DNA of 62,499 bases, taken from a virus. Its lineage: Duplodnaviria > Caudoviricetes. The notes under the pieces are model-generated. The model saw only the letters and a program-made list of their open reading frames with translations. It was not told where the DNA came from and ran no database searches. The number at the start of each line of letters is the position of its first letter. The stretch's first letter is position 1. Made by a program: the position numbers and the translations under genes. The stretch covers positions 1 to 62,499 of the IMG/VR virus record IMGVR_UViG_3300049235_000005. The stretch is one strand, 5' to 3'. This document shows, one piece after another, positions 18,532 to 30,209 of this stretch.

Positions 18532-21500
18532 TCTCCACCTTGCTGCCCCACCGGCGCGGGCTCTCCCTTTAGTTGCTCAAGGGCGGCGACGATATTCGCA
18601 GACGGGTTTCCTATCGAGTCCGCGTAAGAGTCAACGGTTTGGATCGCTTCGCCAATAGCGTCAGCGCGGGCCGCGGCTTTGCCAGCCGCCCGCATTCGAT
18701 CAGAGGTTTTGTGATAGTCGAGTTGCATTGCGACCCACGTAGATAGTAAGTCGCGCCAAATCTCGGGTATTGATCGCCCTAGCTCACTTGCCACGTTCAT
18801 CCTCGCCTCCGTAGTCAGGTTCGGTTGTTAACTGGAACCAAAAGCAGAACCAATGGAGCACGGTCGTTTTAGGCCATCCATCGCGGTCGCGGTAAACACG
18901 CGGAAGGATGCGCCAATCTTTCCATTCGGAGCAGATGGTCAACTCTGGCGTCGTCTTAAACCTCATCTCCTGTGGTTGCGCCTCTGGTGAATTAGTAGGC
19001 GTCATTCCTGTGGCTTCCCTTCTCTGATAGCGGCGGCGAGGTGCTCATGGTCTAACCCCCAGCTTTGACATCAAGGCGCGAGCGCGTTGGCACTCTTCAT
19101 CGTGATCGTCGTGTCCGCGATCCGGGCCACGCTCACAACACCAGCACGGCGTACCGGCTGGTACTTCATAAGGCGCTACGGCTGCGAGCGCTTCCCGTAC
19201 TTCTTGAAGCGCTTGGTCAACACGCTCGGCATGATTGCTAGTCGAGTCGAATAATTCAGAGATCTCATCGGCGAGCCCGCTTACCATCACCCGTCACCTT
19301 CTCCCTTGCCGCTGAGGGCGGCGCGCGCGTCCAGTGGTTCACTGTAGCCGGGATTACGAGCGATATAGACAGACGTACCGCGCCGTTTGACTTTATACTT
19401 CTGTAATTTGGCGCACTCTCTCAGCCGATGAGCTTGTCGCTTCGTTCCGCACGTAATAGGCAACCAGTCGTCTACTTCCAGCTTGTCAACCTGTGCGTAA
19501 ATTTCTGCGTAACGACCCGCGAATCCGCCAGCGGGCGGTGGAACAGCCTTGACGGGCTTACCTATTTCGACAGTGTCTCTTTCAGACCGCCTCACTTGCT
19601 TACCGCTTCTCTCAGTGCCCGTGACGCAATACATCGCGGACAAAACACATTATTCAATTCACAGCAATTCTCATTATTGTGCTCACAGTGACACTCAAAG
19701 TCGAAGTCTATTAACTTTTGCAGCGCCTCCCGCAGTCGGCCCACCTGCGCGATCAACTCCGTCATTAACGCAGGCCCGCGCATATCGAACAGATAAGCAT
19801 CGGCACCATTCGTAATCTTGCCTTTTGGTGCCACCTTCATTAATAAAGCTTGGGCCTCATCGCGTGCTGTCGCCTGTCTATTGCTCATTGGGTTGCTCCT
19901 CAAATTAACGGGATGTCCCGCAGTTTCAACTCATCGCGCAAGTCCATGTACAAGTAATCTATGGCGTCGTGTTCAGTCGGCCCGGCGCCGATACCAATGC
20001 CCGTTAAAACCGGAACGGCTGCAACCCATATTGAAACGAGCGCTTGTGCCGGAAATAAGACCGTTCTCTGTTGTGTCGTAATCGGTCCGTATCGATTCTC
20101 GATCCACGCTCGGCGCTCGGCTTCTGCTACCTCGTCAGCCATCTATTTCCCCTTTCCCTGCAATCACTGGAGTCGTTCGAACACGTGGAACACTAGATCG
20201 CCGTCGTGGACCTGATACGTGCCGAGATGACGACGCTCTACGCCTATGTCGCAATAAATTGGCTGACCCGTGCCGAAAGTTTCGACGATGTAGTCAGTAT
20301 CAGGTCGTTCAGGATTGACCAGCGCCCAGAGACAAGGATTATCATACTGGACTTGTACGGCTAGGATCTCCGCGCCTTCGGGCATGGTAATAGTCTGAGG
20401 GTTGATAACCGTCAACGGGTATTTGTAGATTCGCTTAATCATCGTCTAATGTCCCCCGTTCCCTGCAACCACCACCACACCCGGCTCAGCAACCACCGCC
20501 ACACCCGCCTGCGCCACGGTACCCGACGCCTGTCCTGCGCTCGTACCGCACTCCAGTAGGCGGCTGGTTTAGGTGCATGAAGTTCATGGCCCACGCAGCC
20601 ATCGGCTGATTTGCCGACGAGGGAGTCGCGGGTATCGTCGTAGCGTTGCGGGGGGCTGGTGCGAGTCATAAGTATTTCTCGATCACGTCAGCTATATAGC
20701 TGAAATCCTCACCGTCGTCGTTCAAGCCCGCTAGTGTATTTTTCTTTGGTTTCACAATTGGATTGTCATCATCCATGCCAGCCCATCCCTGAACCTCCAG
20801 TGCTAAGGTAGCGACCTCACCGGCATACTGATCACCCGTCCATCGCGCGGGCGTTTTACTGTGTCGGCGATGTAGTTCGCATAGTACACCTAAGCAGCAA
20901 TAGCGAGCGGACTTACCAGAACCTTCACGCAGGGTACTTGTGGTCTGCCTAAATTCCCCGCTCCGCAGCGCCTTGATCCATAGCTTTTTAATTCGTTTGT
21001 TCATCACCCCTCCCGTCGCACTCTCGTCAACCGCCCCACTTCCTCGCTATCCCCTTCCATCACCGAATCACCACGCAGAGTCGCATCGAAGTTGTGCGGC
21101 GGAGCTTGCAGTTGGGCAATGCGCGCAATGACGGCATCGACAAACCTATCTCGCAGCTGTAAATCATCGTCATTCGGCTGTGCGTCTCCGGCGAACATCT
21201 CAGTTGGGAAGGCCCACGGATGCCTTAAGTCGCAACTCCTACTACATTGCCAGCCTGCGTCAATCACATCAAACAGTGCCGCTCGCACCGTGGTTATCGA
21301 CGCCATCTGACGGTCCTCCCTGATTGCAGTCAGGATACGTTGCGCGTGGGTATGGGTGAGTGGCTCACCGTCGCTGATGTCGGCGCGCGCCCGGCTCAAC
21401 GCCAGTCTTGCCAGCGCGTCCTTCTCCGAGTCGGTGAGCGTTGTTGTCGGATGTGGGGGAACGCCGCAGACGTGCGGATCACTCGCATTCAACCACTCGT

Positions 21501-22019
21501 AGCACAACGGACACTCAATCAGCCCCTCCGATTCATTTGCCATGCGGCACATGGGGCAGGCCCGCCCGCTGTCAGTACGACAAGCGTGGGAGTCGTGGAC
21601 TTCGGTAGTGGTAGTCATTGGCCCGCCTCCACGCTGTCGATTATCCCTTGAATACGAGCGGCGGCCTGTTTGGGTGATTCGATAGACCAGTCGTGGAATA
21701 GATCGTAAGCATCTAAGCCCTTGTCGGACTGTCCTGATCCATCGAGCCATTTCGCGTAAGGCAGTCCCATCTCGCGTGCTGCGCGTCTCATCGCCGATGG
21801 AACCCTGCGACCCTTAGGCGAGTAAAAAGTTCCCCCACCCTGTAGGTTAAACCTTAATCTGAACCCTTGAAGATCCAGCACGTGACCCGCGATACACATT
21901 GCCGCTCCGCATTCGGTCTTAACTGCAACGTGCTCCATGTCGAAGTGTTCCGCATGTCGCATTCGCAAAAATCGCGCGCGGAGTCGTTTGAGTAGCGGGA
22001 TGTTTGGTTTAGTGATCAC
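18528..22019 (-). other. Array of about 12 small, coupled hypothetical genes (e.g. 20164-20442, 20666-21007, 21004-21618, 21615-22019)
   Basis: Consecutive minus-strand ORFs with ATGA overlaps; common phage-type motifs KRIYKYPL..MPEGAEIL, WIKALRSGE..YCCLGVLC, CGAAMCIAGH. Confidence 0.7.
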
Positions 22020-22050
22020 AATCAATCCTTTCTCCCTTGTGGGCGTGGGG

Positions 22051-22254
22051 CTAGTCGTCTTCGCTGTCGCCGCGCATATTCCACTGTTCAACCGCGTCTT
22101 CCCGCTTGAAGTCAGTTGGGCCACACGCCTGACACAGGTTACAGTACACGTAGAAGTACTGCCGTTGCGCGCCGCCCTGTTCGCGCTCGTTGCAGGTATC
22201 GTCAAGGTTGCGGTTGCCGCAGAACGGGCAGGGTTTAAGTTTCGTTTCATTCAT
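22051..22254 (-). CDS. Lar-family restriction alleviation Zn-finger protein
   Basis: LKPCPFCG...YVYCNLCQACGP...AVEQWNMR; start MNETK at 22254. Confidence 0.75.
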   Translation of the reverse strand: MNETKLKPCPFCGNRNLDDTCNEREQGGAQRQYFYVYCNLCQACGPTDFKREDAVEQWNMRGDSEDD

Positions 22255-22288
22255 CTGTCCACCATTCCTTTCAACGCGGCGCGGGAGG

Positions 22289-23110
22289 CTAGCTGTCAAA
22301 GCCAAACACGATTCGTACGTCTTTAGGATCACCCAGCTTCCGTAGCTCCGGTAGGATCTGCTCGTAGAACCGTCCCGCTGCGTCCCTGTATGGCATTTTC
22401 CACTCAACGTAGCAGTAGTAATGCCGCCCTTCGGCAATCGCGGCACCAACGGAACCTTTAGGCAGGCCCCACGTTTTCATCGAGCGTGAGAGCGAGTCTG
22501 AATATTTGCGTCCGTCCCACGAACCCTTCGCCGGCTCCGGCCCTTCCCATTGAATATCGCCCTCGTCAATCTTGTGGGCCATCTCACGCGCGGAAATATG
22601 CTCAATACCTTGACCGCTGACGCCTTTGCACCACGCATCCGGTCTGCTCTGTCCGCGTTGACGCCACAGCTCGAAGTTCCACGGGTCAACCCAGCCGCCT
22701 TCCATCGTTTCTTGATCCCAGTTGTAATCGAGTAGCTCCTGCACGGTTAAACACGAGTGCGAGTGATCGCCCAGCCAGACATCGTTACTGTCGTCGTCGT
22801 CAGACGGATCTGTGAGTTTGACTACCTCCGCACTCAGGTCGTCTGGTAGGCCACGAGGCCCAGCAATTGGCTTAAAGTCGAAATCGTTACGGACATCGGC
22901 AAGGATGGCAAATAGGTTGTAATTACGATCACCGTACCAGACATATCTCACGCGATTACTGTAGTAGCTATCCTTGCCTGCCTTCTTCTCGGCTTGCTCT
23001 TTCAACCACGGATCGTACGCTTCCGGCGGTGGCAGCACGCGCTCCCATTGACCGTTGCCATTGCGTCGTTCAACCACTAAGTGAATATCACATCCCATTG
23101 CTATTACCAT
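22289..23110 (-). CDS. Conserved phage protein (MGCDIH...FGFDS type)
   Basis: MGCDIH, RNYNLFAILADVRN, RGLPDD, GDHSHS, RIVFGFDS. Confidence 0.8.
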   Translation of the reverse strand: MVIAMGCDIHLVVERRNGNGQWERVLPPPEAYDPWLKEQAEKKAGKDSYYSNRVRYVWYGDRNYNLFAILADVRNDFDFKPIAGPRGLPDDLSAEVVKLTDPSDDDDSNDVWLGDHSHSCLTVQELLDYNWDQETMEGGWVDPWNFELWRQRGQSRPDAWCKGVSGQGIEHISAREMAHKIDEGDIQWEGPEPAKGSWDGRKYSDSLSRSMKTWGLPKGSVGAAIAEGRHYYCYVEWKMPYRDAAGRFYEQILPELRKLGDPKDVRIVFGFDS

Positions 23111-23133
23111 CCTCCCGTTTCATAATGCAGCGG

Positions 23134-23240
23134 AGTCTAGCACCGCGAAATCACCATGTCAACTATTATTTGCATTGCTCAGAGATTAATTTTACCACGT
23201 GAAAACAGTTGTTGACGACGGCGGGGCAGCCACGTAAGAT
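23134..23240. promoter_or_regulatory. Divergent sigma70 promoter pair
   Basis: Minus: TTGACA(23162-57)-17-TAGACT; plus: TTGACG(23212)-17-TAAGAT(23235). Confidence 0.8.
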
Positions 23241-23249
23241 GGCTCGCGC

Positions 23250-23477
23250 ATGTCTGTAAAAGAACTGGAAATCGATGCAGTGCGACTGAAAAAGGCACGC
23301 GGCCAACGCCGGATGCAGGAAGTAGCTGACACTATCGGCATCACGCGTCAGTATCTCTGGAAGTTAGAGACGGGCAAGTCCGCGCCTTCTGGTAAGATTC
23401 TCGCGCAGCTTTGCTGGCTTTACGACAAGAAGATCGAAGACTTCACTATCAAGTCCAACGGCAACGGTCACAGGTAA
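23250..23477 (+). CDS. Cro/CI-type (XRE) HTH regulator
   Basis: RLKKARG..MQEVADTIGITRQYLWKLETGKSAPS. Confidence 0.9.
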   Translation: MSVKELEIDAVRLKKARGQRRMQEVADTIGITRQYLWKLETGKSAPSGKILAQLCWLYDKKIEDFTIKSNGNGHR

Positions 23478-23514
23478 GCAGACTGGGTAGCACTTTTTCA
23501 ACTAAATAACAACC

Positions 23515-24486
23515 GTGGCAAATCCCCCACTGCGGCTAATCCCCGCCGACAAACTGGCCGAGTTACCACCGACCGAGATCCTCGGCACCACTCGTTTCGT
23601 CGCTCGTGGGCTCAATGTCGTGTTTGGCCCCTCCGGTGCATACAAGTCCTTCTACACGCTCGACGCCAGTTTGAGGATCGCTCAGACCCAGCCGATTGTC
23701 TACGTGGCTGCCGAGGGCGTCGGCGGGCTCTATCGCCGCGTGGCCGCATGGTGCGAACATAATCAGTGCGGGCCGGGACTCGCCTACTTCGTTGATCGGG
23801 AAGTAAACTTGTTGAGCAGCGAACAGGTGGCCGCGTTTGGCAAGTGTGCAGCGGGGGTGAAGCCCGTCATGGTGGTGTTCGACACCCTCGCCCGCTGTAT
23901 TCCTGGCGGGGATGAAAACTCAGCTAAGGATATGGGTGTGGCGGTACAGGCGGCTGGCGTACTGCAACGCGGGCTGAAGGCGGCAGTTAGCTGGATTCAC
24001 CACAGTAACCGAGCTGAACGCGGCGAACGTGGGTCGGGGGCGTTACGTGGGGCATCGGACTCGATGATCGAGATCTTCCCGAACGGCGATGGCTCCATTC
24101 GCGTGAGCTGTTCCAAGAGCAAAGACGAGGAGCCGTGGGTCGGCGAGCAACTTAGCTTCAAGCCTGTCGGCAGATCCGGCGTGCTCGTGCCAACTATAGG
24201 CTACGCTGCCTTCGAGTACTCGGAGATGGAAGTACGCATCCTCGAATTCCTTTCCCTGTCCACCTTCAAAACCGCCGGAGCTCGCGTGCAGCAAATCGTC
24301 AATGCCTTGAATATCCCTGAACGCTCTGTTTACCGCCTTCTTTCCCACTTAAAACAGGACGAAATGATTAGTCAGGGCAAGCAGGGCGACCCGTTCAGGT
24401 TGACCGAAGAAGGTTCTGCCAAACTCTGCCAAGTAAAGAGCGGTTCTGCCAAATCACCGGAAATCATGGAAATTGTTGTAGAGTAA
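23515..24486 (+). CDS. RecA-fold (AAA_25/RepA-like) replicative helicase with C-terminal winged HTH
   Basis: GPSGAYKS, YVAAEG, VVFDTL, DENSAKDM, IHH, RGSGALRGASD. Confidence 0.85.
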   Translation: MANPPLRLIPADKLAELPPTEILGTTRFVARGLNVVFGPSGAYKSFYTLDASLRIAQTQPIVYVAAEGVGGLYRRVAAWCEHNQCGPGLAYFVDREVNLLSSEQVAAFGKCAAGVKPVMVVFDTLARCIPGGDENSAKDMGVAVQAAGVLQRGLKAAVSWIHHSNRAERGERGSGALRGASDSMIEIFPNGDGSIRVSCSKSKDEEPWVGEQLSFKPVGRSGVLVPTIGYAAFEYSEMEVRILEFLSLSTFKTAGARVQQIVNALNIPERSVYRLLSHLKQDEMISQGKQGDPFRLTEEGSAKLCQVKSGSAKSPEIMEIVVE

Positions 24487-24700
24487 GGGATTAAAGGAAT
24501 TCACAAACACTGCCTAACAATCGTCAACGTTCTTCTACTGCCACCTGTCTGCCACTTGCAAGTTACTGCAAGCTCGGCATTTGCCATCTCTGCCAAACCT
24601 CTGCCAAATATTTCGCCACCCCTGCTGCATCCTTCTGCCGCCACTGCCACACTCCTTTAGGAGTGGCAGGTGGCAGGAGCAGTGACAAACAGAATGACAG
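24411..24700. repeat. Putative replication origin: clustered CTGCCA repeats converging on an imperfect palindrome
   Basis: About a dozen (C/T)TGCC(A) motifs that switch to TGGCAG after actcct-ttag-gagt near 24657; directly after the helicase gene. Confidence 0.6.
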
Positions 24701-24910
24701 GTTAGATAATCGCATACGACGAAGCCAGTCTGATGCAGGTCTGTCTGATGCCGGTGCAATCAGCGCAAGTCCACTGGTACGGAGTCGAGTCGCCCGTACT
24801 GTTCAGCCATCGCATCGGCAATACCCTGAAATGTACGGCTGCGTTCTTTCCAGCGGCCTAGCGATGGAGGTTCAGCTATCGCATCGGCTGCAACGAGTCT
24901 ACTTCATCCA

Positions 24911-27900
24911 TCATTCCCCTCCGGCGCGCACGGTGTTGAGGGCATCGTCAGCCAAGCTTGTGATATCCTGTAGCTCTAGTTGGTAGCTGGAGACCTTTGC
25001 ATAGTTTGCCAATATTGCGTTTCCTGTTTTGAGCTTAATCCGTTCAAGTACCGCCACGAGTTTCGGGACGGCGGCGTGGTCGCGGACGATCTGGCGCATC
25101 AACTGGCGCACGTCTTCCATTTCTAGCAATCCATCCCAATGCGCTCGTAGCCTGATAGGCCGCGTGTCCACTTCGGCTCCGTGTCTCGTCTTAACGTAGC
25201 ACCACTCGCCAGCGTCCGGCGTGGGTTGCGTAGGCGACTGCGAGCAGTGACTGTAATGCTGACCTTGTGTGTAATCGTTCCAGCCGAAACCGCATTCTGA
25301 ACAAGCTATTTTAGTCTCCGGTGTCATCATCTGATCCCCTTTCTGAGTGGTTGTCTGATCCGGTTTCCAAGTGCGCCTGTAACTCCTCAACCCAGCGCAC
25401 CGGATCGACGGAAGACGCAAACCTGCCTAGCGTCGTAACGTCACGACAGGAGTTTATTGCCACGTCGATAATTGCCAGCAAGGCGTCGAAGTCCCGCGTC
25501 TCTTGGCCCATGTTGTTGTACCAAATGCACCTGTTTTGTTTAATTTGCTCAAGTACCGTCATCCTTCCCGCTCCCCTTTCGTGGCTGGGTACTGTCACTG
25601 TCTGACGGTGCTTGCCGGTAATAACCGTAGACGCATCGATCAGGACTAACGTGAGCAGCTTTACCAGCGGCGTATTCACCCTCACCATACCAGTACGTTG
25701 GGCCGCGTTGCGGGTTGTACGTGTCGTGGATCACGCCATCGATAACCGTCGTTAAATGCTTTGATAAGCGCACGATGATCGTTCCTCTGGGTAGTTCTTC
25801 TTCGACAAGGTGAACCTTACAACCGGAACCTATCAGCATCGTTGGCGTCCACTGAAAACCTAAAGCGAGTAGATAATGTTCATAGACTGACCGAGCCACT
25901 CCATCACGAGGACTGGTAGATCTTCCTGCTCCGGTTCGTTGCTTTCGTTCTTTAGCCTTGACGTGGAGAGCGTCGTAAACCTCTCGGTACGGCAAACCGG
26001 ATGCAATAGCAATCGCACGCACGACACAATCGCCTGTCGAGCCTCTAAATCCCGCTGTCGCGCGCCCGCCATCGTTATAAACAAACTTCATCATCGTTCC
26101 CTTTCTCACCACTCTCCCGCTCAAGCCGCTCCGCCTCCGCCCTGACCGCCTCCAACAGCGCCGGTGTCTCGTGCCACTCCCGGCAACCGGGGCAGTAGAA
26201 GGTTTGGGTGGGTACGGCGTGGTTGCCTGTCTCTTCGGTTGTAGTCGTGGTCATCCTGCCAGCTCCTCGTTTTCGTCTTCGTCGCAAAGCCACACCGCAT
26301 CCTGCGAATCGAGTCTGAATCGTGCGGCCATGCCACAGTGGAGACAGGCAGTGCGAAACAGTCCGGCTTCGCCGCTCAGGTGGTACTCATAAGCCAGTTT
26401 CTCAAAGTCGGGTTCGTGGAACCCGCTCTCGGCCTTATCGCATCGTTCGATCATCGCTGCACCGCTTTCTGATCACCTAAATCAACCCCGTAGTTTGGTG
26501 ATCGAGTATCGAAGTAACCCGACTCGCGTAGCCGTTGCTCGATGTTAGCCATAGCCATCGCAGCCTCGACGTATCGATCCCTGTCGGCAGTGAAGTCAAA
26601 GCCCGGATGTGCGTAAACTGTTTTCAGTATCGGATACGGCCCGCCTTTGCCCCGGCTGAGCCAGCCACGTTTCACGTACTTGTTCAGCGTGTAGAGGTCT
26701 GACTTTGATAGTTGGCCGATGTCGGTAACAGTCTCAACCAGCGCACGTTTGACAATCTCGGGTAAGTCACCACCGCACGAACAAACGTCTCTCGCCGCGC
26801 TTCGTGCCCCAAACTTCGCCCGCTGTCGAACGCAGTCGCTTGTATGAGTACTAACGATGTTCTTCATCTGATCTCCTTTGCTGCCCGTCGCCTGCGTTTC
26901 GGCTGTTTGCTTAGTTTTTCCTACGCTGTCTGATTAACGTCGGTAGACAGTCGATGCTTGCCTTCGGGTAGCCAGTTCATGCGCCGCCCGATCTCTTCCC
27001 ATTCAGACTTTCGCAGCGCTAACGGCGGCAGTTCCCTGACCGTGTAGACACCCGCGCCGCCTTCCAGTGGAATCCGCGCAACGTCCGGCGCGTTCGGTAT
27101 TTTTAGATCATTCGACCAAGCTTCTGTTTGTTCTGCGCGTAGATTTGAGTGTCCGCGTTTCATTGTACCTATGCTCCTTTGCGTTTTAACGGCGTCCTAA
27201 GACGTTTTTACCTCCCGGTCTGATGGTTGATATGGGTTGGCGGTACAAAATGCGTCCTACCCCGGCCAATCCTAAGCTCTGACCACTCATCCACTGGTCA
27301 CGGCAAGGGATGGCGAGAGTTAACGTCGCTCGCCACGACGAGCAGGACCGATGCTCCCTCCGTTCACGCTGCCGCATAATCCCAGTTCGCCACTTCATAC
27401 CTGTCCGACGCGCCGACAATCGCTCGTGCCACTCGGCCAATCAACCGCTCAAGCTTCTGGTACGTCTCCGATTTCTCGCACTCGCCTTCGCAGCATTGGT
27501 ACGAGAGACATTCGAGGTACTTAAGCAACTGCTCGTCTGACCACTTTGGCAATCCACTGGCTTCGACGAACCGGAGCGGCTGCGGTTGATCGTTCTGATC
27601 GTAGCGCTGGTTCACGCTCGCCACGTTCAGCTCGTAGCAGTCAACGGCGAATAACTGGACCTTCCGCTCGACATGATTGAACTCGTCACCGCGCAAGTCG
27701 AGTGAATACGTCACGGCCCAGTTCAACTTCGAATGCCGCAACGTGGCATGCGCGAATAGCTCTGACGCCAGTTTGTCGAAAAATCTCTCATCCATTACAA
27801 ATGCGCTCATCGTCTGATCCTCCCGTTGTTTTGTACCGCTGGGTTGATGGTTAGTTACTGCCTGCTCGCAGTATCCGAATTAGCAGCCTTTTCAGCCTCG

Positions 27901-28539
27901 CGAATCAGGTAGGCAAGTTGATCGCGTCTGCGCTCACCCGCGTTACGCACGTATACCGAGACACCGTGGCCCACGTTGACATAGCCCATAAACTCACGCT
28001 TGAATCCCCTACGCGTACAAGCTATGTCAAACTGCGCTTTGGTTAGATCGCGTGTTGTTCGTGTCGTCATCGTCTCCCTCTCCTGTCTGACTGTTCAACT
28101 AACCCGCCCTGCGCTACCCGCGTGCGTGTTTGAGTGCCGTACGGATCTTCTCCGTGCTAATTTGCAACCCGTTGCGTACCTCGGCCGGGATGCCGCGTGC
28201 TGATTGCCAGACGCGAATTGCTTCCAGTTCATCTTCCAGCGCCGCTACCAGCTGCGCGTGCGCGTTGACCGCTCGTGCAATCAGCCGCGCATCTGCTTCC
28301 AGCGCCGTGCCGACAAACGCTGGCCCGTACGGCTGCGTGTCTGCGAGAATCTGTCGCCACGAGGTTCCGCTACTATCGCCGGGATGCCCACCGACACGCC
28401 ACGGCAGCGGCGTATGCGCTGCTCGCTCTCCGTCAACCCTCTCCGCTTCCTGCTCATTGCGATAGTCATAACTATCCTGTTCTTCCTGTTCGCGATCAAC
28501 GTCACTGCTTAACTCGCTAGTTGTTGTCGTCAATTGCAT
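24911..28539 (-). other. Leftward early operon of small hypothetical genes (e.g. 26451-26867, 27364-27810, 27855-28070, 28114-28539)
   Basis: Strong SD sequences; driven by the promoter at 28574-28602. Confidence 0.7.
25549..26094 (-). CDS. Papain-like/C39-type fold phage protein
   Basis: GDCVVRAIAIA...HLTTVIDGVIHDT gives a putative Cys-His-Asp triad. Confidence 0.55.
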   Translation of the reverse strand: MMKFVYNDGGRATAGFRGSTGDCVVRAIAIASGLPYREVYDALHVKAKERKQRTGAGRSTSPRDGVARSVYEHYLLALGFQWTPTMLIGSGCKVHLVEEELPRGTIIVRLSKHLTTVIDGVIHDTYNPQRGPTYWYGEGEYAAGKAAHVSPDRCVYGYYRQAPSDSDSTQPRKGSGKDDGT

Positions 28540-28573
28540 TGTCGTCTACTCCTCTTTTCGTTAAGGTGAACGC

Positions 28574-28662
28574 ATCGTACTCCTGCTATTTACCGCTGTC
28601 AACAATTATTTTCATCTTTCACGAATTATTTTATTGACAAGGGTAAACAGTGCGGCTATAGT
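28574..28662. promoter_or_regulatory. Divergent sigma70 promoter pair sharing a GGTAAAYAG spacer element
   Basis: Minus: TTGACAgcGGTAAAtAGcaggagTACGAT; plus: TTGACAagGGTAAAcAGtgcggcTATAGT. Confidence 0.85.
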
Positions 28663-28671
28663 GCCTACACG

Positions 28672-28857
28672 ATGCTGTTAACCATTCCACAAGCTGCCGA
28701 CGAATTAGACCTGAGCCGCCAACGGGTTTGGTTGCTGGTTACGACCGGGCGCATCAAGGCGCAGCGAATTGGGCAGTCGTGGCTAATCAGTCAGCGGGAT
28801 CTGGAAAAGTTCGACAGGCAGCGCAACGGGGCAGGTCGCCCGCAGCGAAAGGGATGA
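28672..28857 (+). CDS. Excisionase-like (HTH_17) DNA-binding protein
   Basis: LLTIPQAADELDLSRQRVWLLVTTGRIKAQRIGQSWLI; C-terminal GRP motif. Confidence 0.88.
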   Translation: MLLTIPQAADELDLSRQRVWLLVTTGRIKAQRIGQSWLISQRDLEKFDRQRNGAGRPQRKG

Positions 28858-28860
28858 GAG

Positions 28861-29337
28861 ATGAGCAACTACCGCAAACACTACAATGTCATCTACCAGC
28901 TCTGGGAACTGGAACAACGGCAACCGTCGAGTTTTGTCGAAGGCGCGACTACTTGGCAGATAATCGCCTGTCGTGAGACAGAGGCGGAGTTAGACAGAGA
29001 GATCGAGCGGCGACTTAAAACCAGCACGCAGGGAGGGGGCAGGATGAGTGAAACAATGACCATTGAACCCGGTACTAAAATCTACGTCGAATCATTTGGC
29101 GTCACCCGTCACGGAGCGGTGATACGTCAGATTGACAGCAACCACGTTGAACTTACGATTGATGATTATCCCGGCAATGTTTACACGGCTGCCATCAAGG
29201 ATATTCAATTGCGAGTAAGCGAGATTCACGTCAAAGCTCCGGTACATAACTTTCAATCAATGCACGGCACAGACGCTTGCTGGCACTGCGACAGCGACTA
29301 CGGGCAGCATGTAACCACCACACAACGAAGGACTTAA
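28861..29337 (+). CDS. Hypothetical protein (possible internal start at MSETM)
   Basis: ORF with an internal GGAGGGGG RBS. Confidence 0.55.
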   Translation: MSNYRKHYNVIYQLWELEQRQPSSFVEGATTWQIIACRETEAELDREIERRLKTSTQGGGRMSETMTIEPGTKIYVESFGVTRHGAVIRQIDSNHVELTIDDYPGNVYTAAIKDIQLRVSEIHVKAPVHNFQSMHGTDACWHCDSDYGQHVTTTQRRT

Positions 29338-29516
29338 TCCAGTGACCACACTACGTAACGATTTCATTCCCTTCCTACTCGCCGTCATCTTACTTCTCGT
29401 CGGCCTGACTTACGCTCCGGCGATAATCGAACTACTCTCAGCACGACTAGCGCAGGCGACAACGGTGCAGCAGCGTAACCCACGATAACCAGCCACTGTG
29501 CTATAATCCCTCCACC

Positions 29517-30002
29517 ATGACCACCGCCCACGACCCGCAAGTTGTTGACCCGCAAGAGTTTATCGACATACTAGATTATCAGTTTCTAGGTGACAGTTAT
29601 ACACTCGAAAGAAAACGCACGTTCATCACACTGTACCGTGAACACGGATCCATCTTCCACGCAGCGAAGCTCACACCAGTATCTCGTAAGACTGTGTACA
29701 ACTGGATGGAGGCGGATGAGCAGTTTGCGGAGGCGGTAGCAGACTCTAAGGAGGATTCACTGGATGACTTGGAAACGTCCGTATACAAGCGCGCCTTCAA
29801 TGACTCCCTGCTCGCTATGTTCTACCTGAAAGCTCACCGCCACAAGTTCCGCGACAAAGTGACTATCGACATCGACTCGGTGAACGATGAGATTAACGAG
29901 CGCATGCAACAACTGGGGTTGAAACAGTTACCGTCACAAGGCTTAGAACCTTCAAGGCAAGCTAAACCAGACATGTTATTAATAGAAGGCAAGAAGGCAT
30001 GA
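29517..30002 (+). CDS. terS: Terminase small subunit (HTH type)
   Basis: FITLYREHGSIFHAAK..VSRKTVYNW..D..FAEA...LETSVYKRA...LAMFYLKAHRHKFRD; upstream of terL. Confidence 0.8.
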   Translation: MTTAHDPQVVDPQEFIDILDYQFLGDSYTLERKRTFITLYREHGSIFHAAKLTPVSRKTVYNWMEADEQFAEAVADSKEDSLDDLETSVYKRAFNDSLLAMFYLKAHRHKFRDKVTIDIDSVNDEINERMQQLGLKQLPSQGLEPSRQAKPDMLLIEGKKA

Positions 30003-30209
30003 ACCTCGCTGAGTTTATCCGTGATCCACCTAAAACACACTTACTTGCGCCTATGTTGTACAGCCGTGAAATTAGAACCCTGTGCGGCCTTAGTGGTGGG
30101 TTTACATATACGGTTAAGTCCGAACTATCAGACTGTGAGGAATGTTTGAGAGCGATTAATATCACGCAATCTCCCCCTCCCTCCACCGATTTGCAAAAAG
30201 AGGAGGGGG

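Noticed and set aside
27215-27230. Hammerhead core near CTGATGG
   Set aside because: Does not match CUGANGA and lacks a properly placed GAAA
28672-28857. Integration/excision module
   Set aside because: No tyrosine or serine recombinase or att site recognised
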